DNA from: Nitrospinaceae bacterium
GTDB lineage: Bacteria; Nitrospinota; Nitrospinia; Nitrospinales; Nitrospinaceae
Assembly: GCA_965237905.1 (NCBI GenBank)
Contig: OZ250172.1
Location: 1,824,001-1,888,000 of the forward strand
Direction of reading: 5' to 3'
DNA: 64,000 nt
Of this stretch, positions 49,105 through 59,592 are shown one piece after another. Position numbers and translations under genes: made by a program. Below the pieces are notes generated by a model, which was not told where the DNA came from, did no database searches, and worked only from the letters and a program-made list of their open reading frames with translations. Numbering within the stretch: position 1 is the stretch's first letter; every line of letters starts with the position of its first letter.

Positions 49105-50055
49105 ATGGCAAGAACATTGGTGACAGGCGGCGCGGGTTTCCTGGGTTCTCATTTGTGCGACACTCTGTTGAGCGCAGGCCATGAAGTCATTTGCATGGAT
49201 AACCTGATCACCGGGAGTATGGACAACATTACCCATATCCAAAGTGACCGGTTTCACTTTGTAAAACAGGATATTTCTCAACCTTTCACGGTAGTGGGAT
49301 CTCTGGATAACATCATGAACCTGGCGTCTCCCGCCAGCCCTGTGGACTACTATGCCTATCCCGTAGAAACGCTCAAGGTGGGATCGTTTGGTACTTACAA
49401 CACTTTGGAGTTGGCCCGCGAAAAAGGAGCGGTATTTTTCATGGCATCCACTTCGGAAGTGTACGGCGACCCATTGGAGCATCCGCAGAAAGAAACGTAC
49501 TGGGGCAACGTCAATCCCATCGGTCCGCGCAGTGTGTACGACGAGCCCAAACGTTTTTCCGAAGCCCTGACCATGGCTTATCGTCGCACCCACGGGGTCG
49601 ATACACGCATCGTCCGCATCTTTAATACCTACGGACCGCGCATGGCGATCAACGACGGACGCGCTATCCCCAATTTTCTCTGTCAGGCGTTGAAGGGGGA
49701 GGATCTCACTGTGTATGGCGACGGATCACAGACCCGCAGTTTTTGCTATGTGTCCGATCTCATTGAGGGCCTTGTCCGGCTTCTAAAATCCGGGCACCCT
49801 GATCCGGTCAATATAGGGAATCCTATTGAAATGAGCCTGCTTGAGATGGCGGAGAAAATTTTGCAAGTGACCGGGAGCCGGAGTAAAATCGTCTTCAAAC
49901 CATTGCCCGAGGACGACCCCAAGGTGAGACAACCGGACATCAGCCTGGCGCGAGAGCTGTTGGGATGGGAACCGAAGGTCAAGCTGGAAGAAGGGTTGCG
50001 GGACACATTGGACTATTTCCGAAAGAGTATCGACGGGCACAAAGCCGGGCCGTGA
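49105..50055 (+). CDS. UDP-glucuronate decarboxylase (UDP-xylose synthase) family SDR
   Basis: [43 protein letters not shown]. Confidence 0.88.
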   Translation: MARTLVTGGAGFLGSHLCDTLLSAGHEVICMDNLITGSMDNITHIQSDRFHFVKQDISQPFTVVGSLDNIMNLASPASPVDYYAYPVETLKVGSFGTYNTLELAREKGAVFFMASTSEVYGDPLEHPQKETYWGNVNPIGPRSVYDEPKRFSEALTMAYRRTHGVDTRIVRIFNTYGPRMAINDGRAIPNFLCQALKGEDLTVYGDGSQTRSFCYVSDLIEGLVRLLKSGHPDPVNIGNPIEMSLLEMAEKILQVTGSRSKIVFKPLPEDDPKVRQPDISLARELLGWEPKVKLEEGLRDTLDYFRKSIDGHKAGP

Positions 50056-50059
50056 GCTT

Positions 50060-50758
50060 ATGGGAAAAGAGGACGCTTCTTCAATCAAGCATTGGCCCGA
50101 AGATGAACGTCCTCGCGAACGGCTGGTCAAATTTGGAGGAGACGCACTTTCCGATGCTCAATTGCGGGCCATTCTGATTGGCTCGGGGACCAGCGGCGCC
50201 AACAAAAACGCCGTTGATATCTGCCGGGACCTTCTCAAGGCGTTTGATAACCTGAGTAATCTGGACCGCGCTTCGATTCATGAGCTCTGTCAGGTGAAAG
50301 GCATCGGGTTGGCGAAGGCGACTCAAATCAAGGCCGCGTTGGAGGTGGGCAAGCGAATGGCCTCCACCCGGTCCGGAAATACCTCAAAAATGACCACCAG
50401 CCGGGCACTCGTGGAATACTTTGCGCCCTTCATGAAAGGCCTCAGAAAGGAAGTCGTCAAAGTCGCCTTGTTGGATAACAAACTTCATATCATCAAGGAT
50501 TTTGTCATATCGGAAGGCAGTGTCAATTCCAGCATTGTGCATCCGCGGGAAGTGATGATTCCCGCGATCAAAGAATCGGCCACCAAAATTGTTCTGGTCC
50601 ATAACCATCCCAGTGGCAACCCGTCACCCAGTCAGGCGGATATCGAAGTCACCCACCGGGTGAGTAAGGCCGGAGAAATCATTGGAATCAAATTGTTGGA
50701 CCACATCATAATCGGCGGAACGGAGTTTTACAGTTTTGCCGACGAAGGGATGATTTAA
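50060..50758 (+). CDS. radC: RadC/JAB (UPF0758) protein
   Basis: ERPRERL, HhH GIGLAKA, VHPREV, HNHPSGNPSPSQAD, LLDHIIIG. Confidence 0.93.
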   Translation: MGKEDASSIKHWPEDERPRERLVKFGGDALSDAQLRAILIGSGTSGANKNAVDICRDLLKAFDNLSNLDRASIHELCQVKGIGLAKATQIKAALEVGKRMASTRSGNTSKMTTSRALVEYFAPFMKGLRKEVVKVALLDNKLHIIKDFVISEGSVNSSIVHPREVMIPAIKESATKIVLVHNHPSGNPSPSQADIEVTHRVSKAGEIIGIKLLDHIIIGGTEFYSFADEGMI

Positions 50759-50760
50759 AT

Positions 50761-51324
50761 ATGGATCGAATCAAAAAGTTTCTTTATGAAAGCGCAGAGG
50801 TGAAAAAAGCCGTTGCGGATACGCTGGCGGGCACAATTAACGAAGCGATCTCTATGGCCCGAACCAGTTATCAAAACGGCGGCAAGATGCTGCTCATGGG
50901 CAATGGAGGGAGCGCGGCCGACGCCCAGCATATCGCCGCCGAATTCATCGGACGGTATAAAAAAGAGCGCCGGCCGGTAGCCGCCATCGCCCTGACGGTG
51001 GACTCGTCCATTCTGACCTGTGTCGGTAATGATTACGGGTATGATGCCGTATTTTCACGCCAGGTCGAAGGATTAGCCAAAAAAGAGGATATCGTCATCG
51101 CCATCAGCACCAGCGGTAACTCGGAAAACGTCATCCAGGGGGTCGACAAGGCCCGCGAAATAGGTGCTAAAACCATTGGACTTTTGGGCAATCAGGGCGG
51201 AAAATTAAAGGATAAGGTTGATCTGGCCATTGTGGTCCCATCTTCAAATACTGCCCGCATTCAGGAAGCGCATATCACCATCGGGCATATCATCTGTGAA
51301 ATACTCGATGAGGATTTTGACTAA
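50761..51324 (+). CDS. gmhA: D-sedoheptulose 7-phosphate isomerase
   Basis: GNGGSAADAQH, NDYGY, STSGNS, RIQEAH. Confidence 0.95.
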   Translation: MDRIKKFLYESAEVKKAVADTLAGTINEAISMARTSYQNGGKMLLMGNGGSAADAQHIAAEFIGRYKKERRPVAAIALTVDSSILTCVGNDYGYDAVFSRQVEGLAKKEDIVIAISTSGNSENVIQGVDKAREIGAKTIGLLGNQGGKLKDKVDLAIVVPSSNTARIQEAHITIGHIICEILDEDFD

Positions 51325-52794
51325 ATGAAAGCCAAGTTCAAACACTTCTTCGACAATAAAAAACGTCCCAAGATTCTGGTGGTAGGCGACCTGATTCTCG
51401 ATGAATATATCTGGGGATCGGTCAACCGCATCTCTCCAGAGGCACCAGTGCCGGTACTGGAATCCAAATCGGAAAACCTGTCGCTGGGCGGAGCCGCCAA
51501 CGTCGCCAACAACCTGGTGGCGTTGGGTTGCGACGTGTACATTGCCGGCGGCATCGGACGCGACGAAAAAGGCGATAAACTGCTCGAACTGATCAAGAAC
51601 CGCTCCATTCACACCGACGGCGTTTACCGGTTTGTGCATCGGCCCACTACCTCCAAGGTGCGTGTCATTGCAAACAACCAGCAGATTCTGAGGATCGATA
51701 AGGAAGACGACCGACCCATCACCGAAGAAACGGAAAACAAATTCATCAAATACCTCAACGCCATCATTCCGGAAATGGACGGTGTGATTTGCTCCGACTA
51801 CCACAAGGGTATTCTTTCAGAGAAGATCGCCAACGCCATCATGCACCGCGCCAAAAAATCCAAGAAGCAGGTGGTGGTGGATCCCAAGGGAACCGATTTC
51901 CACAAGTACAATGGCGCCACGGTCATCACCCCCAACCAGAACGAAGTGGAACGGGTGGCGCCCATCAAGATCAACAGCCGGGAGGATTTGGACCGGGCGG
52001 CGGAGTACCTGCTCACCCTGACCAAGTCGGAAGGTATTCTCGTCACGCGCGGCAAAGACGGGATGATTTTTTATCACAAAAAAGACAAGCCCTTCGAAAT
52101 CTCAACGGTGGCCAAGGAAGTGTACGATGTGACCGGAGCGGGCGATACCGTCATCAGCGTGTTCGGAATGTCCCTGTTCAGCGGTTTCAGTTACGAAGAA
52201 GCGGCGTGGCTGGCCAACATGTCGGCGGGCATCGTTGTCGGCAAAATCGGAACCGCCGTGGTCACGCTGGAAGAGATCAACGAGTTTCTGAAAGAGGAAA
52301 TGCTCCGCACCTCCAGCACCGTGCTGGAGTTGAACGAAATCAAACAAGTCGTGAGTCTGGCCAAAAGCGTCGGCAAGTCGATCGTGTTCACCAACGGCTG
52401 TTTCGATTTGATCCACGGCGGACACATCGAGTTTTTACAGCAGGCTAAAAAGCAGGGCGATATCCTGATCCTCGGGATCAACAGCGACGAATCGGTCCGC
52501 GCCATCAAGGGCGACGGACGGCCCATCAAATCCCAGGGAGAGCGGGCCAATATCCTATCCGCCTTGCAGGATGTCGATTACATCACCATCTTTAATGAAG
52601 AAACGCCCGAAAGCCTGATCCGCGAAATCCGGCCCGATGTTCTGGTGAAAGGTGACGACTACAAACTGGAAGATGTGGTCGGGCGGGAAATCGTCGAGGG
52701 TTACGGCGCGCGGGTGGCGCTCATCCCCATCGTCAAAGGCCTGTCCACCTCCAGCACTGTCGACAAAATCCTGCAGGCCAACCGCGGCAATTGA
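51325..52794 (+). CDS. hldE: Bifunctional heptose 7-phosphate kinase / heptose 1-phosphate adenylyltransferase
   Basis: RISPEAPVPV, DVTGAGDTV, FTNGCFDLIHGGH, KGDDY. Confidence 0.95.
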   Translation: MKAKFKHFFDNKKRPKILVVGDLILDEYIWGSVNRISPEAPVPVLESKSENLSLGGAANVANNLVALGCDVYIAGGIGRDEKGDKLLELIKNRSIHTDGVYRFVHRPTTSKVRVIANNQQILRIDKEDDRPITEETENKFIKYLNAIIPEMDGVICSDYHKGILSEKIANAIMHRAKKSKKQVVVDPKGTDFHKYNGATVITPNQNEVERVAPIKINSREDLDRAAEYLLTLTKSEGILVTRGKDGMIFYHKKDKPFEISTVAKEVYDVTGAGDTVISVFGMSLFSGFSYEEAAWLANMSAGIVVGKIGTAVVTLEEINEFLKEEMLRTSSTVLELNEIKQVVSLAKSVGKSIVFTNGCFDLIHGGHIEFLQQAKKQGDILILGINSDESVRAIKGDGRPIKSQGERANILSALQDVDYITIFNEETPESLIREIRPDVLVKGDDYKLEDVVGREIVEGYGARVALIPIVKGLSTSSTVDKILQANRGN

Positions 52795-52825
52795 TCCGCC
52801 TTATCCCGAAAAACTATTAGACAGG

Positions 52826-52997
52826 ATAACAGGATAAAATCTGAAAAAGAAAGAAGGGCAAAAAAGAGAAAAGCCAAACATGGATTCTTCGCTTTACTTC
52901 GTTTCGCTCAGAATGACAGAGATTTACGTATTGTCATTCTGAGGAGCGTTAGCGACGAAGAATCTGTGTTTAGATTTTTCAGATTTCATCCTGTTAT
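52826..52997. repeat. Nested inverted-repeat (REP/MITE-like) element between convergent genes
   Basis: Outer 23-bp IR at 52826-52848 / 52975-52997 (1 mismatch); inner gattcttcg..ctcagaatgaca / tgtcattctgag..cgaagaatc. Confidence 0.8.
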
Positions 52998-53062
52998 TCG
53001 TTCCTCCAGGATGTTGATGGTTATCACCTGTTTGGGAGGACCTGTCAAATTTTTGGTCCTAG

Positions 53063-53728
53063 TCAAATCATCTTCACCAGTTCTTTAACCGCCTTCTCGA
53101 TGCCCTGCGCCACTTCACCGATGTTTTGCCCCAGCATGTAAGCCGGAGTGCTGACGATCCGGTTGGGAGCGTCCACCACTGCTTCGGTGACCACGGCGTT
53201 CTGGTGTTGGGTCCCCATTGCTTCCATTTTGGCGCTGGTGTCCGGATCGTTGCCGATGGTCAACGTTGGGTGGGCATCCGAATCCTCATAAATTTTCGCC
53301 ATCATTGCCGGGGCGATGCAACACACTGCCTGCGGCTTCTGCTTCTGTTCGAATTCCTTGACCAGCCGTTTGACTTCCGGGTGAACCTCGCAATTTTCAC
53401 CCTTCACCGCGAAGTCGCACAGGTTCTTGGCCGCGCCGAACCCGCCGGGGAAGATCAGCGCGTCGAGATCGTCCGCCTTCACTTCAGCGATGTCTTTGAT
53501 GTTGCCACGCGCGATGCGCGCCGATTCCACCAGCACGTTGCGTGTTTCGCCTTTCACTTCCTCGCCGGTGAGGTGGTTGATGACGTGCAGTTGATCCGTG
53601 TTGGGGGCCATGCAGACCGCCTCCGCACCCGCCCGGTCGATTGCCAGCAGAGTGATGACCGATTCATGGATTTCCGCGCCGTCGTACACGCCGCATCCGG
53701 AGAGCACGACTCCGATTTTCTTTTTCAT
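53063..53728 (-). CDS. elbB: ElbB/ES1 glyoxalase (DJ-1/PfpI superfamily)
   Basis: LSGCGVYDGAEIHE, RNVLVESARIARG, PGGFGAAKNL, CIAP, STPAYM. Confidence 0.95.
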   Translation of the reverse strand: MKKKIGVVLSGCGVYDGAEIHESVITLLAIDRAGAEAVCMAPNTDQLHVINHLTGEEVKGETRNVLVESARIARGNIKDIAEVKADDLDALIFPGGFGAAKNLCDFAVKGENCEVHPEVKRLVKEFEQKQKPQAVCCIAPAMMAKIYEDSDAHPTLTIGNDPDTSAKMEAMGTQHQNAVVTEAVVDAPNRIVSTPAYMLGQNIGEVAQGIEKAVKELVKMI

Positions 53729-53985
53729 ATCCCGCCTCCGCCTGTTGCTTCAGGACTTATAAAGTTAGCGATTGAGCTATAAAACACTCTATTTTCGGAT
53801 TGATTGAGCAAATTTTAGCATAAATCCATTCAGCGGGCTATACGCGGAAGCCCTGCATGAAGGTTGGAGAGAAGTTAATCGCTTTAAAGGTCGGATTTCA
53901 TTTGGGAGAGTCCGATGTTTATATTAGAATCAGCTTCATCACTATAAATCCTGAATATTTTCATCGGTTGAAATTCTTTTAAGAA

Positions 53986-54441
53986 ATGACCATGAGCACA
54001 TCGAACCCGGTTGCAGACAGTATCAGGCATTCGATTACCAAAAGCGGGTTTCCGGGGAAGGTGGTACGCCTGCCGTTCAAGCCGGTCTACGACAGTTGCA
54101 AGAAGAACGGCACCGCGCTGGCCGACATTCTGGACCATTTAAAGGGGGAGAGCATCCTCGGGTCGATGGAAGGCGATTACATCGTGTTCCGCTCCCCGGA
54201 GAAAGCCGCGGAAGCGGTCCAGGCCAGGGAGGCCGCTCCGAAGGAGGATTCCGGTGTAGATGACTCGTCCTGGTGGAGCAAGCTGGGTGATCTGCCGGCC
54301 ATGGCCAAGGACGCGATGGCCAAAATGACTCCGGAGCAATTGGCGGAGATTAAAAATCGCGTCGCGAACATGAGTGACGAGGAAAAGAAAAATATACTTA
54401 AAATGATGTCGCAATTTAGCAATCCCTTTAAAGGCAAATAA
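53986..54441 (+). CDS. Hypothetical protein
   Basis: Host-like codon usage, in-line arrangement; no recognised motif. Confidence 0.65.
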   Translation: MTMSTSNPVADSIRHSITKSGFPGKVVRLPFKPVYDSCKKNGTALADILDHLKGESILGSMEGDYIVFRSPEKAAEAVQAREAAPKEDSGVDDSSWWSKLGDLPAMAKDAMAKMTPEQLAEIKNRVANMSDEEKKNILKMMSQFSNPFKGK

Positions 54442-54487
54442 GCACGGGTGTGCCGCTGCCAGGAACCTGAATCGATAGGAAACGTGT

Positions 54488-55354
54488 ATGCTGATTTTCG
54501 CGAAAGACATTGGGGAACGGGATCATAATCACAGCCGGGAGGCCGAAAACCCGGCGTTGCGCGAGTATATGGAATACCAGCGCAAGCTGTTTCCCTATAC
54601 GGTCATCCGGGCAGGATTGGACCTGGCGTACAAGGAGCTGGACGATATCCTGAACTATATCGACAACGATCACCAAAAACCGGAAGACTCGATGCGCGAC
54701 GATTATCCGTCCGACATCCCCGAATGGTACCGCCAGCAGTTTCCCTGGTCGGGGTCGTTCATGGAAATGGAGGATATGCATTCCCTGCTGGTCCTATTGA
54801 TCAAGGCGATGGATTCCTTCCGCACGTATGAGAAGGGCAATACCTATCATTGGACCGTGTTGTACGACACCACCCGGAATATTGTGAAGGTCTATAATGA
54901 ACTGCTGAGCGCAGACCCCACGCACGCCCGGGATATTCAGTTGAGCCAGGGAGCGGAGGTGAACTTTGAAGATTTCATCAACAACTATTGGCCGCATCTG
55001 GAGTTCATGATTCTGTCCAAACCCGATTTCGCCCATACCCGGCTGATGGAGCGGGTCCAGCAGGTGGAAGATTTCGTTAAGGAGCGTATGGCCGAGGGAG
55101 AGGGGCCTCTGGCCGCCCTGGAACAAGCTGGAAAACAGTATGGCCTTGATCGGACGACCCTGTCCCTCCTGCGGCGCGATCCAATCAGCCCCGATCTGGC
55201 CGCCCTGAAAACCTTTTCGTTAAAAGAATCCCCCTATGACCCTCTATTTCAAATAGTTCCTGACAGCGAGAACTCGCCTCACACCGGGCTCTCGCTCGTA
55301 GATGCGGAATATGAAAAAAATTTCCAGCTGACCCAGAGCCAAACCCCGGCTTAA
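54488..55354 (+). CDS. Hypothetical protein (acidic, alpha-helical)
   Basis: 288-aa ORF with host-like codon usage; no recognised motif. Confidence 0.75.
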   Translation: MLIFAKDIGERDHNHSREAENPALREYMEYQRKLFPYTVIRAGLDLAYKELDDILNYIDNDHQKPEDSMRDDYPSDIPEWYRQQFPWSGSFMEMEDMHSLLVLLIKAMDSFRTYEKGNTYHWTVLYDTTRNIVKVYNELLSADPTHARDIQLSQGAEVNFEDFINNYWPHLEFMILSKPDFAHTRLMERVQQVEDFVKERMAEGEGPLAALEQAGKQYGLDRTTLSLLRRDPISPDLAALKTFSLKESPYDPLFQIVPDSENSPHTGLSLVDAEYEKNFQLTQSQTPA

Positions 55355-55487
55355 TGATTGAATTTTCGCAAGTAAAAAGCTTCAGATTTCCAATGTTTGC
55401 GCAAGGCGTTTTAGTAATTTACAAAAGCGAGGCAGGCCTTTACTCTGAATATCAAGTTAAATAACGCATATGAGTTAAGGAAACGAG

Positions 55488-55679
55488 ATGGAAACAATTT
55501 TGCAAACTTTAAACATGTGTGATTTCTGTACGCATGAAAGAAAAAGTTGTGGTGTGGAGCCTATATTCAGCCAGAGCGTGACTCTGAATAATGGTTCCCA
55601 GCTGGACTCGCAGGAGGCGGTCGTGGCTTGCGTCAAATATGAAAGTCCCGTCGAATTATTGAAGAAAAAGTTTCACTAG
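55488..55679 (+). CDS. Small Cys-containing hypothetical protein
   Basis: AAGGA RBS; CDFC...SC...AC motif; followed by a palindrome and T-run. Confidence 0.6.
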   Translation: METILQTLNMCDFCTHERKSCGVEPIFSQSVTLNNGSQLDSQEAVVACVKYESPVELLKKKFH

Positions 55680-55952
55680 CAAAAGCCTTTTGCTTTTTCT
55701 GATGGTATCTGGGGAATTATGATAATAGAGTTCAATCAATTCCGATTTGTTTTGTAACCAGGCGTAAAACAATAATTTTTATTATAATATTTACATTTAC
55801 CTTCTATATTTAGAATATTGCGGTATTAAGTGTTACAAACTTGTGACATAACGATGACTTTGTTGTGATATCGGATATTTAAACTAGTTCTGATATGAGG
55901 AGAAAGGTTATACCACGATTTAGAATTTGGGAAGAAGGAAGAGGTGTAAGAA

Positions 55953-56300
55953 ATGAAAGAGCGAAATAAAAAAGAACTGGCAGAATTTTTATGGCTGGAA
56001 ATCAACCGGGCCATCATCAACTCGAACAGCGTTCGTAATTGCCTCAAGATTTTGAAGCAGATGGACATGTTGGATTTTCTCTGCAAGCACGACTACATTC
56101 TGGACGGCAAAAAGCTGGTCGAGAAGTTATTGGATGAACCCCAAAAGCTGGATGAATCAGAGGACGCCCCGGAAGATTCCATGGCGGTGTTTTTGGAGGG
56201 AGAGACCGCTGCTGCTCCTTACACCAATAAGGAAGTGGATTTATCCCAAGGGGTACTTTCCAAGCAATTGATTCGAGCGTACGGCTTCTGCAAGAATTGA
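55953..56300 (+). CDS. Hypothetical protein
   Basis: GAGG RBS before ATG; followed by a terminator. Confidence 0.7.
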   Translation: MKERNKKELAEFLWLEINRAIINSNSVRNCLKILKQMDMLDFLCKHDYILDGKKLVEKLLDEPQKLDESEDAPEDSMAVFLEGETAAAPYTNKEVDLSQGVLSKQLIRAYGFCKN

Positions 56301-56405
56301 GCAGTGAGGCGTTTTACATAAAGTTTTACCGGAAGTGATTCTGCTCCCTGGCGCAAGAATACAAAGTGACTTCCCATATAAAGGCTGGCGAGTATTGCCT
56401 GTCTG

Positions 56406-56438
56406 AAGGCCCAGACTGTTTATCAGTTTGGGCCTTTT
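56406..56438 (+). terminator. Rho-independent terminator
   Basis: aaggcccagactg / cagtttgggcctt followed by a T-run. Confidence 0.65.
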
Positions 56439-56504
56439 ATGTTACAATTCCAGCATTAATGATCTCTGTCCTTCCTTGATTTTCCTGACCGTTCACTTAA
56501 ATTC

Positions 56505-58571
56505 ATGACTCCCCCAAAGCCTCCAATTCCTCGTCGATTCCGTTTGCAAGGCACGGATGGTATTCGCCGGGAGGTGTGTCCAGCGGCTGACCCTTCGTTG
56601 AAGGGCCTGTCCCCGATCCAGGCTTTTTTGGACCAGGGAGTGATGACCGACGAGTTCATGGAGCGCTACGTCTATGCCCATGCGATTTCGCTGATCCACG
56701 ACCGGCAACTCAAGCGTGGCGATTCCTGTGTCGTGGGTTGGGACCCCCGCGACATCAAGGGAAAATACACCGGGGCGGCGGTCCGGGGAGTCCGTAAAGC
56801 CGGGATAAACGCCCTGGTGCTGGGGGTGGTGCCAACACCCCTGGCGCCCATATACATGCTGTATAAGCGGGCTGGAGGGGCTTTCATGGTCACCGCCTCG
56901 CACAACCCGAAAGACCAGAACGGGATCAAAATCTTCCTCGCTTACCGGGGAATGAAGCTCCTGCCGGAAAACGATATCACCTTGACCCGCACCCTCTTGT
57001 CTCTCGGCTCCATCCGCAACAAACCCCTAAGAGGCAAGCGTATCGACAAAAGGCGAGAAGCGCTCGATTTGTTTCGGCGCTTTTCACTGGACGAGGAGAA
57101 TTCCTGGAGCCGGGATGTCTCATTTCAGGACATTATCCTAGTGGTGGACCCGGCACGCGGATCGCTCACCGGCATTGCGGCGGAGGTATTCAAAAGGGCC
57201 GGATTCGGCAAGGTCATCGAACTGAATAACCGGTTGAACGGCGATGTCAACCTGCGAAGCGGCGTGGCCGACCTGGAAGGGTATAAAACCATCTCCCGCG
57301 AGATGACGGTCAAAGGTTCCGGTCTCTTTGCAAGACACACCGCCATCCTGAAATTGTTCGATCTGGGTAGGAAGCATAAAAGCGCATTGCGCTCGGGAAA
57401 ACTCCGCCTCAGCGGGGCGGTGTTCGATGCGGACGGGGACCGTTTTTACCGGCTGGACTATCATCCCAACAAGGACTGCTTGCTGGTGTTGAGTGGCGAC
57501 GAAACGGCGTATTTGCAGGCAGAGTACCTGATGAAGCGCGATCCCGCAAAATACAAAGGTACGGTTTATATCAATACCGTCGAAAGCGATCTCAATACCT
57601 CGCGAGCGGTGGAACGGCTGGGATTCAAACCACAGTTGTCTCCCGTCGGCGACAAATGGGTGCTCCTGCGCATCGCTTTGTTGATTATTGAAACGCGGTT
57701 GAAAGGCTTCAAAGGCGCCAAAGCGGCAGTACTGAAAAAACGGCTGGCGCGATTGAAAAAATCCGATGCGCTGGATGTGTCGGCTCTACAGAAACTGGAG
57801 GCACAAATCGATTGCGCGCACATCGGTGACCATGGATTCAGGGATTTTCCCTTCGCGGTGGGAAGCGAAGAGACGGGTCACAATATTACGTTGGGTTGGA
57901 TGGATGGGGGACAGGAAGAAGGCATGCCCGTATTCTGCGGCAATGGTTTGAAAAGCGCCCTCAATACGTTTGCGGCATCCCAGTTTCTGCTGGCAGACAA
58001 GCCGGTGGCAAAATATTATGCGAGGCTGGAGCATCCGTTTGCTCCGGGATTCAAGGGCACCCGTTATGTCTATTATATTCATCAGGAAAAATTTTCTAAT
58101 GGCTCCGCCGTCTGGCACCGGGTTCGCAAATGTATTTTGAAGGCTGGACGCGAACGCGGTTACCGGGGCCGGATCATCCCGTTCCAGGAGGACAAGGATA
58201 TGTTGTATATCTCTCTGGCTTCGTCAAAGGGGAATCAGGCCGGGGTATTCGTCCGCAACTCCGGGACGGAAAACAAGATCAGCGTCAACCTGCGCGGAAC
58301 AAAAGGCGACGCCGCCTCATTAAAAGCGATCGGCGAGCAGGCAGTTCGCATTCTCTTTACAACCCTTAAAAACCAGAATAGCCATCATTATAAAGTGGAA
58401 TTGGACCTGCTCAGCCGCATCGCGGCCCAGCCCCTGAAGGAGGCCCAGGTTCCTGGTTCAGCCCAGCGGGTATTGATGGAGATGGCGAAACAGAAGCTGG
58501 TACGACCGTCCGCCGGGGGCTGGCGGTTGACCCCTCTGGGAACATGGTATATTACCAGTGCGCCGGAGTAA
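56505..58571 (+). CDS. Alpha-D-phosphohexomutase (phosphoglucosamine mutase-like), extended
   Basis: GTDGIR, VPTP, TASHNP, FDADGDR, VGDKWV, GSEETGH, VRNSGTE. Confidence 0.85.
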   Translation: MTPPKPPIPRRFRLQGTDGIRREVCPAADPSLKGLSPIQAFLDQGVMTDEFMERYVYAHAISLIHDRQLKRGDSCVVGWDPRDIKGKYTGAAVRGVRKAGINALVLGVVPTPLAPIYMLYKRAGGAFMVTASHNPKDQNGIKIFLAYRGMKLLPENDITLTRTLLSLGSIRNKPLRGKRIDKRREALDLFRRFSLDEENSWSRDVSFQDIILVVDPARGSLTGIAAEVFKRAGFGKVIELNNRLNGDVNLRSGVADLEGYKTISREMTVKGSGLFARHTAILKLFDLGRKHKSALRSGKLRLSGAVFDADGDRFYRLDYHPNKDCLLVLSGDETAYLQAEYLMKRDPAKYKGTVYINTVESDLNTSRAVERLGFKPQLSPVGDKWVLLRIALLIIETRLKGFKGAKAAVLKKRLARLKKSDALDVSALQKLEAQIDCAHIGDHGFRDFPFAVGSEETGHNITLGWMDGGQEEGMPVFCGNGLKSALNTFAASQFLLADKPVAKYYARLEHPFAPGFKGTRYVYYIHQEKFSNGSAVWHRVRKCILKAGRERGYRGRIIPFQEDKDMLYISLASSKGNQAGVFVRNSGTENKISVNLRGTKGDAASLKAIGEQAVRILFTTLKNQNSHHYKVELDLLSRIAAQPLKEAQVPGSAQRVLMEMAKQKLVRPSAGGWRLTPLGTWYITSAPE

Positions 58572-58610
58572 TGCCGTCGCATTTTAAAAACCACCCACAG
58601 TCTGAATACG

Positions 58611-59411
58611 ATGGACCTTCATAGCTTTTACGATCACCTCGACGAATTTACCTACAGGCAATGGTTTGAGGGCATCGAAACGCCCTGGCAACCGCTGGAT
58701 ACGCTGAAGCAATGCGTGAGCGATGCCGTGGCCGGTTTGTCGGATGTCCGGCAGGTGCAATCTCTCGACGGATTGACGTTTGCAAAGAACGATTCACTGC
58801 CCCGGTTAAACGAGCCGGCATGTTATGTCGAGAGGTGGGTGGAAATTGAGGAGCCCGTGTTTCTAAAACCGCTGGATATTTTTCTGGATAAAGGAACCGT
58901 GCTGGAGCCTTCGGCGATCATCAAAGGGCCGGCCCTCATCGGCAAGGGATGCGAGATTCGCCAGGGCGCGTACCTGCGCGGCAATGTCGTCGTCGGCGAT
59001 CATTGCGTCATCGGGCACAACACCGAGATCAAGAACAGTATCCTCATGAACCATAGCGAGGCCGGACATTTCAATTATATCGGCGACAGTATCATCGGCA
59101 GTTACGTCAATCTCGGCGCCGGGTCGCGCCTCGCCAATCTGGAGTTCCGGTTACTTGCGGATAAAAAAGACATGCTCTTCCCGCGCATTCTGATGGAGGT
59201 GGAAGGCAAGGAAATCCATACCGGGCGTTCCAAGTTCGGCGCGGTGTTGGGCGATTATGTGGAAGTCGGATGCAACGCCGTGTTGTCCCCGGCAGTGCTG
59301 TTGGGCAAGGAGTCCTGGGTGTATCCCAATTTCACCGTACCCAAAGGTTATTATCCCCCGCAAACCCGCTTCGCCCCGGCCGACCGCAAAATCAAACCGA
59401 GAAAGCAATAA
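58611..59411 (+). CDS. GlmU C-terminal-like hexapeptide (LbH) acyltransferase
   Basis: IKGPALIG, GHNTEIKNS, HFNYIGDSIIG, NLGAG, KFGAVLGD; no NTP-transferase domain. Confidence 0.8.
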   Translation: MDLHSFYDHLDEFTYRQWFEGIETPWQPLDTLKQCVSDAVAGLSDVRQVQSLDGLTFAKNDSLPRLNEPACYVERWVEIEEPVFLKPLDIFLDKGTVLEPSAIIKGPALIGKGCEIRQGAYLRGNVVVGDHCVIGHNTEIKNSILMNHSEAGHFNYIGDSIIGSYVNLGAGSRLANLEFRLLADKKDMLFPRILMEVEGKEIHTGRSKFGAVLGDYVEVGCNAVLSPAVLLGKESWVYPNFTVPKGYYPPQTRFAPADRKIKPRKQ

Positions 59412-59457
59412 GGCATTTCCCGATCCATTACGGACACCCCGAGACCCGCAAAAAAAT

Positions 59458-59485
59458 ACCGGAGCCTTTTTTAAAAGGCTCCGGT
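59458..59485. terminator. Hairpin between convergent genes (likely bidirectional terminator)
   Basis: accggagcctttt-tt-aaaaggctccggt. Confidence 0.7.
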
Positions 59486-59592
59486 TTCTAAATGATCGTT
59501 CCAGATGGGACCAAGGTTGATGAGGTTCGGGAGTGTTAAGTGTATGAGAGTTCAACCTGTGGTTCGTCCAAAGAATTTTCTCTCTCGTTGTT

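Noticed and set aside
50060..50758. radC as a marker of a mobile element
   Set aside because: It is the full-length chromosomal type with HhH, embedded in a housekeeping operon, with no mobility genes nearby
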